64,000 bases of DNA, from contig CAWHHI010000012.1 of the NCBI GenBank assembly GCA_963829055.1, forward strand, positions 480,001 to 544,000, read 5' to 3'. Positions 1 through 10,722 of this stretch are shown here, in pieces. Source of the DNA: an uncultured Gemmatimonadaceae bacterium (lineage in GTDB: Bacteria; Gemmatimonadota; Gemmatimonadetes; Gemmatimonadales; Gemmatimonadaceae). The notes below the pieces were generated by a model. That model saw nothing but the letters and a program-made list of their open reading frames with translations. It was not told where the DNA came from and searched no databases. How positions within the stretch are numbered: the first letter of the stretch is position 1; each line of letters opens with the position of its first letter. Made by a program: the position numbers and the translations under genes.

Positions 1-283
1 TCGCCTGCTCGACGTCGGACGTCTGAGCGTCGCGCACCGCCTCCCAGGAGTCGAAGCGCGCACGGAGCGTCTTGAAGGCGCGCCCGGAATCAGCGTTGCG
101 CGTCCGGTGGGACAGGAGCGACGAGACCAGCTCGCTGACTGGGTCCATGTCGTGGAAGTACCGGATCGGGCAGCGATACTCCTCGCAGAGCATCTGGTGC
201 ACCATCCACGCCTTCACGCGAAGCGCGTTGTCCGACATTTCGAGCTGCGCCGCTGACGCGGTCCGCCGAGCCTTTCCAGCCAC
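1..283 (-). CDS. HhH-GPD / endonuclease III-family DNA glycosylase, N-terminal part (runs off the window edge)
   Basis: Not in the ORF track. Manual translation gives (GTG)AGKARR...MSDNALRVKAW...DPVSELVSSLLSHRTRNADSGRAFKTLRARFDSWEAVRDA, matching the Nth-like N-terminal pattern. Start is GTG 283 or ATG 238. Confidence 0.75.
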   Translation of the reverse strand, partial: MAGKARRTASAAQLEMSDNALRVKAWMVHQMLCEEYRCPIRYFHDMDPVSELVSSLLSHRTRNADSGRAFKTLRARFDSWEAVRDAQTSDVEQA

Positions 284-344
284 GGTCCACTCCCGACTGA
301 GCGGATCCGATCATTTCACATTGGGTGCCAGGCCCTGTTCCCGC

Positions 345-2042
345 CTAACGCAGCCCACGCCTCGCCACGGCGAGCGCGGCCGCCAGCTCGCTGCGCCGCG
401 CGGCGGACATCGTCGTGAAACACTCGAATAGCGGCGGCGCCCAGAGGCCGACGTCGCTCGCCGCCTGATCTCGCATGCACTTGCGCTCGCGCATCGCGAT
501 CCAGTTGCGCTGAGCGATCCGCATTTGACTCACTTCGTGCGGATCCGGATCGCCGGGCGCGACGCCCGCCGTTCGTCGCATCTCCGCGATCAGCGAGTTA
601 TAGACGCGCTGGAGCGGGGCGTCCGCGAGTGCCAGTTGCGCGCGCAGGCAGGCGCGCTGGTCCTGCATCGTCGCGATACCACATCGTGGGCTCGGCATGT
701 CGCTGGCCACGGAGTCGGGTCGGACGACAGGTGGCGTGACACGCGTGCCGGCTGTCGTCGCAGTCGAGTCATTCGCGTCACTCGAGCGATTCGTATCGAG
801 TGCGACGGTTCCGGCACTGGATGTCACCGGCTTACCCGGCGCACCGAGACCCGGCGCATCGACGGTGGCGGACGGGGCGCCGGAGCGGCCGCCGAACCAC
901 AGGTACCACGAGACTCCGGCGATCGCGAGCGGTACCAGGAGCGCAAGGCTCCGTGTGACCCGCCGCCGCGCGACGCCATCGCGCACGGGATACGCTGGCG
1001 TCGGCACGCTCGACGATTCCCGGAGTCGTCGGATCCACCCGTCCGGGTCGGGATCGGCAAAGTCCACATCATCAGGTCGCGGAATGTCGGCACTCATCGG
1101 CGTGGCCGACGGCGGCGTCGCTATTCGGCGGAATTTGACCGTCGGCGCATCCGCCGGCGCCGGCTCGCCCTCCCGCCGACTCCGCGCCAGCACCGGCGGC
1201 GGATTGTACGTGAGGTGCTCGAGGAACTGGTCGATGTCCTGCCAGCGCCCTTCCCTGTTCTTCACCAGCGCACCCTCGATGGCGAAGAGCAGATTCGCGG
1301 GCACGCGCGGCCTGAGCGACGTGATGCGCGGGAGGTCCTCGTGCTTCTGCCTGTAAATGACGCCGTACAGGCTCTCGCCCGCCCACGGCCGCTCGCCCGT
1401 CAGCAGTTCCCACCCGAGCACGCCAAGGCTGTAGATGTCGCTGCGGCCATCGACGCTCGCGCCGTCGATCTGCTCCGGCGACATGTACTGTGGCGTGCCC
1501 AGCGATGCGCCGAGCATGGTGATCTGCTCGTCACCCTCGATGCGCCGAGCAATCCCGAAGTCCGCGAGCAGTGCTCGGCCGGTTCGTTTGTCGAGGAACA
1601 CGTTCTCGGGCTTGACGTCGCGATGCACGATCCCGCGGCGGTGCGCGTAGCCTAACGCGTTCGCGACGTCCCGCAGCACGCTCTCGGCGTCCTCGGCGCT
1701 GAAGGCGCCATACTCGCGAAGGCGGTCGCGAGCCGTTCCGCCCTCCAGGTATTCCATGATGATCGCGACCGCGCGGTCGCCGATCTCTTCGATGGCCTCG
1801 GTGCGGACAATGTTGGGATGGTCGAGGCCGGCGACGGTGCGAGCCTCGCGCGCAAACCGGTGCAACGCGTCCGGGTCATCGAGATACCGTGCGCGGATCG
1901 CCTTGATCGCGACGAGGGTTCCGGTGACGCGACGCCGCGCGAGGTAGACGGCGGCCATGCCGCCTTGCCCGAGCTCGCGGATGAGCTCGTAGTCGTCTTC
2001 GAGTGCGCGGAGGTCGGTGGGGAAGTCAGTCTCGGGCTGCAT
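345..2042 (-). CDS. Membrane Ser/Thr protein kinase with C-terminal extracytoplasmic LprI/DUF1311-like domain
   Basis: Hanks motifs LGQGGMAAVY, VAIK, HRDVKPEN, DFG, GTPQYMSPEQ. One TM (LALLVPLAIAGVSWYLWF). C-terminal C..QRACL..AD..L...Y..AQRNW...R..C..C pattern. Confidence 0.9.
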   Translation of the reverse strand: MQPETDFPTDLRALEDDYELIRELGQGGMAAVYLARRRVTGTLVAIKAIRARYLDDPDALHRFAREARTVAGLDHPNIVRTEAIEEIGDRAVAIIMEYLEGGTARDRLREYGAFSAEDAESVLRDVANALGYAHRRGIVHRDVKPENVFLDKRTGRALLADFGIARRIEGDEQITMLGASLGTPQYMSPEQIDGASVDGRSDIYSLGVLGWELLTGERPWAGESLYGVIYRQKHEDLPRITSLRPRVPANLLFAIEGALVKNREGRWQDIDQFLEHLTYNPPPVLARSRREGEPAPADAPTVKFRRIATPPSATPMSADIPRPDDVDFADPDPDGWIRRLRESSSVPTPAYPVRDGVARRRVTRSLALLVPLAIAGVSWYLWFGGRSGAPSATVDAPGLGAPGKPVTSSAGTVALDTNRSSDANDSTATTAGTRVTPPVVRPDSVASDMPSPRCGIATMQDQRACLRAQLALADAPLQRVYNSLIAEMRRTAGVAPGDPDPHEVSQMRIAQRNWIAMRERKCMRDQAASDVGLWAPPLFECFTTMSAARRSELAAALAVARRGLR

Positions 2043-2114
2043 CGGCTCGTTTGAGGGCTAACGAGAGGAACGCCGGATGCGTGCCGAAGCGACCGAGCAC
2101 CGAGCCCGTCAATT

Positions 2115-2250
2115 CGGGAATCGGGAATGGGAATCGGGAATCGACCAGCCCGGAGGCTCGAGTGAGCGTCTCTGGGTTGTTGCTTGTCGACCAGCGACCA
2201 GCACGAGCGACAGCTACAAGCTTGCCGTTGATTCCCGATTCCCGATTCCG
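2115..2250. repeat. Inverted pair of (GGGAATC)n / (GATTCCC)n heptamer arrays
   Basis: cgggaatcgggaatgggaatcgggaatcg at 2115-2143 and gattcccgattcccgattccg at 2230-2250. Confidence 0.85.
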
Positions 2251-2436
2251 TCTCACAGTCGTTACGCGCGCTCCATGCTGGACGCAGTGCGTGACGCCGG
2301 ACGCCGCAGCGCGCCATGCCATACCGTCGACGCTGAATCCCGGATCGCCGCCTCGACAATGCGCCTTTCTGGTCATTGTCTCGCGTGCGGCGCGCGAGCA
2401 CCCTGTCGAGGGTCCTTCCGAACACAGGAGGATCGG

Positions 2437-3093
2437 ATGCTTACTCGTTCTCGTCGTCATCGTGTGTCCCTGGTGTGCGGTGTGACAGCCATCGCCTGCG
2501 CCGCCTCCGCGCTGCTCTCGCAGCCGGGAAGAGCGCAGGACACGCCGCAGGACAAGCTGGTGTTCGCACCCGTTCGCGCGAGCGACGTCATGTCGGCCGC
2601 CGACCGACAACGCACCGGCGTGGAGCGCCTAACGCCGGAACAGCGGTTCGCGCTCGATGCATGGCTCACGCGGTACTCGGCGGAGATCCGCGGCAGTGCG
2701 CCGCCGCAACCGCAGCAGGCGACCGGCCGTACGGTCTTCGCCTCGTCGGCTGACGACGCGTCAGCGACTGAACCCGACGACGAAGCCATCCAGCAGCGCG
2801 GCCGCCGCTACCGCGACCAGATCTGGACGCCGCTGATCACGGTCCCACCAGCCGCCCGGCTCGTCTCCACGCCGGACGACGGAAGTTTCGTTCGTCTCGC
2901 GGACGGAACGCTCTGGGAGGTGTATCTGCCGGATCGAACGTCGACCGATGAGTGGCACGCGGGCGACTACATCACGGTGTCGCTGGCATCCACCGCAGTC
3001 GGCGACTTCGACCACGTGCTCGTCGACACGAACGCCAATACGCGTGCACATGCCCGCTTCGTCGACCTCGTAGGAGGATCACGCCGCCGCTGA
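2437..3093 (+). CDS. Secreted hypothetical protein
   Basis: AGGAG RBS then ATG 2437. Signal peptide ending ...GRA|QD. Motifs MSAADRQRTGVERLTPEQRFALDAWL and VRLADGTLWEV. Confidence 0.7.
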   Translation: MLTRSRRHRVSLVCGVTAIACAASALLSQPGRAQDTPQDKLVFAPVRASDVMSAADRQRTGVERLTPEQRFALDAWLTRYSAEIRGSAPPQPQQATGRTVFASSADDASATEPDDEAIQQRGRRYRDQIWTPLITVPPAARLVSTPDDGSFVRLADGTLWEVYLPDRTSTDEWHAGDYITVSLASTAVGDFDHVLVDTNANTRAHARFVDLVGGSRRR

Positions 3094-3445
3094 CCGCGGC
3101 AGCACCGACCGCTGCATGGTTTCGAATGGTAGGTATGGGAAACGAACAAGCGCGGGCGAGTGAGATTCCTCGCCCGCGTTTTCGCGCGTCATCTCGCTTT
3201 GTGTTCGCGGACGGCCTCGGTTCTCCCATCGAGTCGTAGGCGTGCAGCAACCACATCGATCGTGGACGCCGGGTCTATCGAGGACAAGAGTTGTGCCTAA
3301 CGCGGCCTCACAGCCGTATTGGTGCAACATCGTTCGGCACGAATGGTGACGCACGCTCCAACAGCCGGCCGCGGTTGGTTGACAGCCATTCTCGGCCGCG
3401 GTAGCGTCTCGCCGAGCAGTTGGGCTCGCCGACACCAGGTACTCA

Positions 3446-4102
3446 ATGGGGATAGCGCCTCCCGAGCCGCTCCAACGCCTCCTCTCCGCATGCGATCCAG
3501 GCGAGCGAGACCGCTGCTGGGCCTCATTCCTGGCCCAGTTCAGCGCGCTGATCCTGCACACCGCAAGGAGCCTCGGGGGCGAGCGCGACGCAGTCATGGA
3601 CCGCTATACGTTCGTGCTCGACGCGCTCCGCGCCGACGACTGTCGCCGGCTGCGCCAGTTCACGACCGACGGCAGGGGGAAGTTCACAACCTGGCTCGTC
3701 GCGGTCGCACGTCGATTGTGTGTCGACGAACATCGGCACCGCTACGGCCGACCCCAAGGCCCGCCGCCAACCGACAATCGGTGGCGCGAGCGCCGTCATC
3801 TCGTCGACCTCATCGCAGCGGAGGTGGAGGTCAGTGAGATCTCTGCGGGAGATGACGGTGCTCCCGACGAGGCGATCAGGCGGGCCGAGTTGTCCGGCGT
3901 GTTGCAGGCGGCGCTTCAACGGCTCGAGACCTCGGACCGCTTGCTCCTGCGGCTGCGCTTCGAGGACGGCCGCTCCGCGCCGGAAATCGCGCGTCTGGTC
4001 AATGTCCCCTCGCCGTTTCACGTGTATCGCAGAATCGACCGACTCCTCGAGATGCTCAGGGCCGAGCTGACGGCAGCCGGAATCGAGAGCTCGCGACCGT
4101 GA
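3446..4102 (+). CDS. ECF-type sigma-70 factor
   Basis: Region 2 KFTTWLVAVARRLCVDEHR. Region 4 LETSDRLLLRLRFEDGRSAPEIARL. Confidence 0.85.
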   Translation: MGIAPPEPLQRLLSACDPGERDRCWASFLAQFSALILHTARSLGGERDAVMDRYTFVLDALRADDCRRLRQFTTDGRGKFTTWLVAVARRLCVDEHRHRYGRPQGPPPTDNRWRERRHLVDLIAAEVEVSEISAGDDGAPDEAIRRAELSGVLQAALQRLETSDRLLLRLRFEDGRSAPEIARLVNVPSPFHVYRRIDRLLEMLRAELTAAGIESSRP

Positions 4103-4106
4103 GTTC

Positions 4107-4856
4107 ATGCGCGATGGCGCAAGTCGGTTGCCCGTATCCGTGACATCTCCCATGAACGCCGCCACCGGGAGATCGTCGTGCGCCACTCTGCCCTTCTCTC
4201 TTCGAAGCGAGCCGTGGACAAAGGGCATTCTGACCGCGAGCGAGTTGGCTGGTTACGTCGATCATGCGCTGGACGCCGACGCGCGTCGAGCGGCCGAGGA
4301 GCATCTCGAACAATGCGCGGAGTGCCGCCACGAGGCGACGGCGATCATCAACGTAGCCGACTCGTACGAAGCCGACGCGCCCGTGGTCGAGGTGCGTGCG
4401 CACTCCGCCGCCACGGCTTCCGCGCGATCGCGTGCTGGTTGGCGCCGAGTGGCTGTGGCAATCGGTTCAGGCGTCCTCGCGGCGGGACTCGTCCTCAGCG
4501 TCGTCGCGCGACAACCTGACAGTCGTGATGAGCGGATCGCCGCTGTTCGCGCTCCGCACACCTCAGCGCGAGCAGGTGAAACCGTGGTGGCGGCGGCCGC
4601 GCCAGCGGATGGGGCCACGATCCCCGCTCGGGGCGCTGTGTTCAGCTGGTACCGCGCGACAACTGACACGTACCGGTTCACGCTGGCCACGCAGAGTGGC
4701 GAGCCGGTGTGGTCACGAGAGACCTCCGATACGAGCGTTGCCCTCCCTGCGGCAGTCTCGCTCGAGCCGGGTCGCACGTACTTCTGGCACGTCGACGCAA
4801 TCGCTGACGGCATCGTGGCCGCGTCAGCCGCGCGGCAGTTCATGGTCGCGCCGTGA
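4107..4856 (+). CDS. zf-HC2 (ZAS) anti-sigma factor with TM and extracytoplasmic beta-sandwich domain
   Basis: HLEQCAEC (HxxxCxxC), TM VAVAIGSGVLAAGLVLSVV, C-terminal FSW...LEPGRTYFWHVDA. Directly follows the sigma gene. Start uncertain. Confidence 0.8.
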   Translation: MRDGASRLPVSVTSPMNAATGRSSCATLPFSLRSEPWTKGILTASELAGYVDHALDADARRAAEEHLEQCAECRHEATAIINVADSYEADAPVVEVRAHSAATASARSRAGWRRVAVAIGSGVLAAGLVLSVVARQPDSRDERIAAVRAPHTSARAGETVVAAAAPADGATIPARGAVFSWYRATTDTYRFTLATQSGEPVWSRETSDTSVALPAAVSLEPGRTYFWHVDAIADGIVAASAARQFMVAP

Positions 4857-7790
4857 CACTGTCGCGCGGGCACGTGCTCGCGCTCCTGCTTGCGGTGACT
4901 GTCGAAGGGTGCGGCCGTGGCGAGCGCCTCACGTCGCGCACGGCCGCCGACTCTGTCTGGTCTGCGGGTAAGGCACATTATGACGCGGGAGCGTACGACA
5001 GCGCGGCAGGACTCTGGACCGTCGGGCTGCGCCTAACGCGTCAAGCCGCCGACTCGGCCGGCCAGGCGCGAACGCTGACCTGGCTCGGCCTCGCGCTCTG
5101 GCACCTCGGGAACCTCGACAGCGCGCGCGCGCTCGAGGACCAGGCGCTGTCGCTCGAGCTACGCCCACAGGATGCTCGCTTGCGATGGCGCACGCTCAAC
5201 GCGCTTGGGTTGATCGAGCGGGATCAGAACCGCTACGAGGAGGCAGCCACCCGTTTCACCGAGGCACTCGCGAGCGCCCGCGCCGCCAACGACGCCGAGG
5301 GCATGGCCAAGGTCGCGGGCAACATTGCTCTCACGGCGGGAGATCTCGGCGATCTGCGCGGCGCTCGCGTCGGCCACCGCGCCTTGCGCGCGGCGGGTCG
5401 CCAGCTGGGCGACGCCGCGACGGAGGCGAACGGTCTTGCCAACGAGGCGATGATCGACGTCTGGGAGGGCAACCCGCGACCGGCGATCGCCAAACTCGAT
5501 ACCGCGTACAAGCTCTACGCCCGAACGGGGTTCGCGGCCGGCGAGCGTAACGTGTGGCGCCAGCTCGCGACCGCGTTCGAGCTCACTGGCGAGTACGATC
5601 GCGCTTTCGCCGCGCTCGACTCGGCGCTCGCGCTCGACCGGCGTGATCACGCGCGGGCGGAGGAGAGCGAGTCGCTTCGCTTGCTCGCCGACCTGCACGC
5701 CGACCTCGGCGACCAGCGTCGGGCGGCGCGCTTCTTCCGGCAGGCAGAGATCATCACCCGCGCGACCGGGGCCGCGTCGAACCTCGCGAGCATCTTGCGC
5801 GGCACGGCTGCGACCGAGCTCGCACTCGGCAACTCCGGCCACGCGCGTGCCGCAGCCACTGAGGCGCTCCGACTGCATCGCGCGTCCGGAGAGCCGCTCG
5901 ATGAGGTGGACGATCTCGTACTGCTCGCCGAAGTGGAAGCGCATGCGGGCAACCGCGACGCCGTCGTTGCGAGGCTCGGTGAGGCCCGCGAGATGGCTGC
6001 GAGGAGTGACGTGCGCGGCGCGCGCGCGACGGTAGCGCTCGCGGCCGCGCGCTTCGCCGACGCGTTAGGCGATGCGCCTGGCACCCTCGGCGCGCTGCGA
6101 GACATCGACTCGACAAGCCTCGCGCTCGACGCCGGCATCGGGCAGCATGCGAGCGCGCTGGCCGCACGCGCGTGGGCGCGACTCGGCCAGCTCGACTCTG
6201 CTGCGGCATCTGGTCGGCGGGCGTGGCGGCGCTCGAAGCGACGCGCGGCAGCCTGCCGTCGGACATGCTGCGCTCGGCGTTCGTCGCCGATCGCGCGGAC
6301 GTGTACGCGGACCTCGCGCTGGTGCTCTTACGGTTGCGGCGCACGGACGAAGCCTTCGTCGTCGCGGACGCCGCGCGAGGACGGGAGCTGCTGACGCATC
6401 TTGGCGCCTTGCGCGATGACGCTGCTGCGTCATCAGCGATTGCGCCGTCACTCCAACAACGCGCCGAGCTGCTGCGGCGCATCGACGCGCTCGTAGAGCG
6501 CGTTCGACGAGGCGGCTCCTCCAGTCGGCCGGAGCGCGGACCCGCCGCGAGGACAACGGACCGGGCCAGTGCCGACGTGGTCACGCAGCTCGCTGCGGCA
6601 CGTGACGAGTACGAGGCACTCATGAGCCGCGCTGCGGAGCGCGCACCTCGCCCCGTCGCGGTGCTCGGCGCGACCTCGCTCTCGGTCGCGCGCGTGCGTG
6701 AGGCGCTAGCGCCCGGCGAGCTTCTCGTCGAGTACCTGCTCACGCGCCAGGGTTTGCTCATCTTCGCCGTCGACCGAGCCGGCGTGCGGGTTGAGCACGT
6801 CGAGGGCTTGCGGGCCAGCGGAGCCGCACTCGTCGAACGGGTGCGTCTCCTTCGTGATCTCTGGGGAACACCACGTCCGGACTGGAGTTCTGGCCTCGCG
6901 GCGTCGTGGGCTCTGGACAGCGCACTCGTCGCGCCACTTCGCGCACGCGGGCTGCTGCGCGGCGTGTCGCGCCTGATCGTGGTGCCGCACGGAGTCCTCG
7001 GACAGGTCCCATTTGCCGCGCTTCAGGACGCCGCGTCGCGCCGGTTCCTGATCGAAGATGTCGCGCTCACACTCCTCCCGTCCGCCGCCGCGCTCCCAGC
7101 GCTCCGGGAGCGTGGCGCACACCTCAGCGGAGTCGAGGGCGCCGATGGCTTCGCGCCGTTCGACCGGCAACTCCCGGCGAGCGCCCGCGAGATCGCCACG
7201 CTTCGGAACGCTGCGAACCACCCACGACTCTGGATCGGGCCGCGAGGCCAACGAGACAGCACTCCGGTCCGCACTCGCCAGCGGCCAGCATCGTGCACGT
7301 GGCGACGCATGGTGTGCTCGACAGTCGAAATCCGATGTTCTCCCACATCGAGCTCGCGATCTCGCCGGCCGGCACCGCGAACGATGACGGTCGCCTCGAA
7401 GCGCACGAGCTGCTTTCCCTCACCGTCCGCAGTCCGCTGGTGTTCGTGTCGGGGTGCGAAACGGGGATCGACTGGAAGTGGAGCCTTGATCCCGTGCGCG
7501 GGAGCGGTGAGCCGACACTGGCTCAGGCCTTCCTGGCCGCGGGCGCGTCATACGTGATCGCGACGCTCTGGCGCATCGATGACGTGGGCGCGTCGATGCT
7601 GGCCGAGCGCTTCTACGCGCGCCTCTCGCGCGTGTCGGTCGCGGAGGCGCTCGCGGCGGCCCAACGCGATCTCCTGCACGACCCACGGTACGCGAGCCCC
7701 TACTACTGGGCCGGCTTCACGCTGAGTGGAGGCGGCGGCTTCGGAGCAGATTCGCAATTCGTCCGGTCGGCATCCGTGTCACCGAACTAG
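4853..7790 (+). CDS. TPR-repeat CHAT-domain (caspase-like) protease with signal/lipoprotein-like N-terminus; apparent frameshifts near 6220, 7245 and 7285
   Basis: Joins ORFs 4853-6394, 6172-7557 and 6906-7790. TPR helices, LIVVPHGVLGQVPFAAL, HVATHG (His), VSGCETG (Cys), ATLWRIDD, PYYWAGF. Confidence 0.85.
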
Positions 7791-7831
7791 CAGATCCTAA
7801 GAGACGCCTAACGCTGCCAAGGAGCCGACCC

Positions 7832-9242
7832 GTGCGACCCTCATCCCGCCATTTTCTCGCCCGCACTGCGATGATCGCGTCGCTCGTGCTCGGTGCCCTG
7901 GGCACGACGAGCTGCACCGATCCCGCCGTCACCTCACCCGGCAGGGTGCCCGCGGCCATGACGCAGCGCGCCGCGGGGGTCAGCGTAAGCGCGACCAACC
8001 CGTCGTACGGCCACCAGGGCCAGACCGGCGAGCAGGTCACGATCACCGGGAGCGGGTTCGCCACGGGCGCCACGATCGAGTGGCAGCGCAACGGCGTCGC
8101 TGACCCTCACGTCGTCGTCCGGAATGCGACGGTCGTGAGCGCGACGCAGATCGACGCCACGATCGACATCGCGTCGGACGCGCAGCTCGCGGAGTATGAC
8201 GTCGCAGTGACGAACGCCGACCGCACCAAGGGGATCGGCAGCGAGCTGTTCGAGATCACCACGGCGACGAGCATCGGAACACTCGGCGGGACCACGCAGG
8301 CCTTCGCGGCGAACGACGTAGCGAGCGGCGCACGCGTGGCAGGCATCAGCTACGTCGGGCAGTCGCGGCACGGCTTCGTGTGGATCGCGCCTAACGGGCC
8401 CATGCGAGATTTGGGTCCTGCCTACGTGAACGCGATCGACATGGCCGGCACGACTGTCGCGGGCGAGACGCAGGGCACAGGGGCATTCCCGGCGCTGTGG
8501 ACACTCGGTGCGGACGGCATCACCTGGTCCGCGCCTGTCCGGCTGCCTCTCGCGCCGACCGCGACCGGCGGCACGGCGCAGGCCATCGGCTCCGACCCTC
8601 TGACCGGCAGCGCGATCATCGTCAGCGGCTCGCAGACGACTCCAGCGGCGAGGAACAAGGTCCTCGATCAGCCGGTGCTCTGGCGCTGGAACGGCAGCGC
8701 GTGGAGTCCAGACCGTCTTACAGCTCCCCGCCGCGTACCAGGGCGTCTCGTTTCAGGCCTACGGAGTGAACGCGCGAGGTCAGGCAGTAGGCGCGGGGGG
8801 TGCGGCGATCTTCTGGGACTCGTTAGGCACGCCCACCGTGCTGCCTGGTTCCCCGGCGGGCACGCGGGAGATCAACGCTGACGGGACCATCGTCGCGGGC
8901 CAGCACAACGGCGTTGCCGCCTACTGGACGGCGACGGTCGACGCTGGCACAGGACACCGAACGTGGAGTGGTCCGTTCGACCTGCCGGGCGGCTGCGACC
9001 AGGTGAGGGGCATCGACAAGCTAGGGAACATGGTCGGCCATGCGTGTCCAGGCTCCCGGTCCGGCGCTGTCGTGTGGCGGCCGCCGTACACGAGCTACAC
9101 GCTGCTTGGGGGGCTCGGTAACTCCAGCGACGCGGGTGCGGCGTACGACATTTCGCCGAATGGTTTCATCGTCGGCTCTGCCCCGACGGGCGTCCCGAAC
9201 AGCGTCACGGTCGGCGCGTACTGGACAATCCTCTCGCCGTAG
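7832..9242 (+). CDS. Secreted lipoprotein-like protein with IPT/TIG-like domain and HAF-like repeats; frameshift near 8730-8760
   Basis: Signal ...LGTTSC, VTITGSGFATGA..YDVAVTN. Repeats IGTLGGTTQAFAAND, AYGVNARGQAVG, GGLGNSSDAGAAYDISPNGFIVG. Confidence 0.7.
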
Positions 9243-9298
9243 CACGGCACGTCGACCGACGTCTGTTCGGTCCGGCGCGCTACTACGGCAAGAATGGG

Positions 9299-9336
9299 CG
9301 AACGGGGCCCAGCGGGATTCCGCTGGGCCCCGTTCG
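9299..9336. terminator. Hairpin between convergent genes, probable terminator
   Basis: cgaacggggcccagcgg-gatt-ccgctgggccccgttcg, a perfect 17-bp stem. Confidence 0.6.
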
Positions 9337-9407
9337 TCATTTGCCCACCGTCTGAGATGGTAGGGCGTTAGGCGCAACCGTGAAACCTGCCGATTCAGCG
9401 CCGTCGC

Positions 9408-10609
9408 TTACTGCACGGCGTTGATCATGTCGAAGATCGGCAGGTACATGGCGACGACCATGCCGCCGACCACCACGCCGAGGAACACGATCATGATCGG
9501 CTCGAGGAGGCGAGAGGAGGCCGCTCACGGCCGCGTCGACTTCCTCGTCGTAGAAGTCCGCGATCTTCGAGAGCATCTCGTCCAGACCACCCGTCTGCTC
9601 GCCGACCGCGATCATCGAGATGACCATCGGCGGGAACACCGCCGACTTCTGCAGCGGCGCGGCGATCGTGTCACCGCCGGCGATCGACGCGCGCGACTGC
9701 CATGATCGCGTCCTGAATGACGCGGTTGCCGGCCGTCTTCGCCGTGATCTCGAGGCCGTCGAGGATGCTGACGCCGGACGAGATCAGCGTGCCTAACGTG
9801 CGCGTGAAGCGCGACACCGCCGACTTGCGGAGCACGTCGCCCAGCACCGGCACCTTCAGCAGCAGCCTTGTCGATCGTGCAGCTTGCCCGTTCGGCGTCG
9901 CGTAGTACCGCTTGAGCAGGAAGAACGCGCCGGCGATCGCCGCCGCCGATCAGCGTACCAGTAGCCCTTGAGGAAGCGCGAGAGCCCGATCACGATGCGC
10001 GTCGGCAGCGGCAGCGCGAGGCCGACCGAGCCGAACATGGTCTCGAACACCGGAATGACGAAGATGAGCAGCACGCAGATCGCGATCACCGCGACGCTCA
10101 TGATGACGCCCGGGTAGATCATCGCGCCCTTCACCTTTCGGACGAGCGCGTCGTTCTTTTCCATGAACGTCGCGAGGCGCATGAGAATCGTGTCGAGAAT
10201 ACCACCCGCCTCACCGGCCGCGACCATGTTCACGTACAGGTCGCTGAACGCGTTCGGATGCTTGGCGAGCGCGTCGGCGACCGTGTGGCCGGACTCGACG
10301 TCGAACACGACCGCGCGCGTCACCTCCGACAGCACCTTGTTCTCGGTCTGCTTCGCCAGAATGTCGAGCGCCTGCACGAGCGGCAGACCGGCGTTGATCA
10401 TGGTCGAGAACTGACGCGTGAAGATGACGATGTCCCGCATCTTGATGGAGCCGCGGCGTCTTCGCCTTCTTCGCCTCCTCGTCGACCTTGACGACGCTCA
10501 TGCGCTGGCGCCTGAGCTGCGCGACGACCTCTTCGCGCGACGGCGCGTCGATCGTCGCGGTCTTGAGCTCGCCGTTTACCGCCCGCGCGGTGTACGTGTA
10601 TGTAGGCAT
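9408..10609 (-). CDS. pilC: Type IV pilus platform protein (GspF family), several apparent frameshifts
   Basis: MPTYTYTAR..., [58 protein letters not shown], and the end [13 protein letters not shown]. Confidence 0.9.
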
Positions 10610-10638
10610 CGTCTGTTCTCCGTTAGGGATCTTGTTTT

Positions 10639-10717
10639 CGGGAATCGGGAATCGGGAATCGGGAATCGAGGCCGCGAACGCCGTTCCGAGTCCCGATTCC
10701 CCATTCCCGATTCCCGA
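10639..10717. repeat. Inverted pair of (GGGAATC)n / (GATTCCC)n heptamer arrays between pilT and pilC
   Basis: (cgggaat)x4 ... tcccgattccccattcccgattcccga. Confidence 0.85.
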
Positions 10718-10722
10718 TGTCC

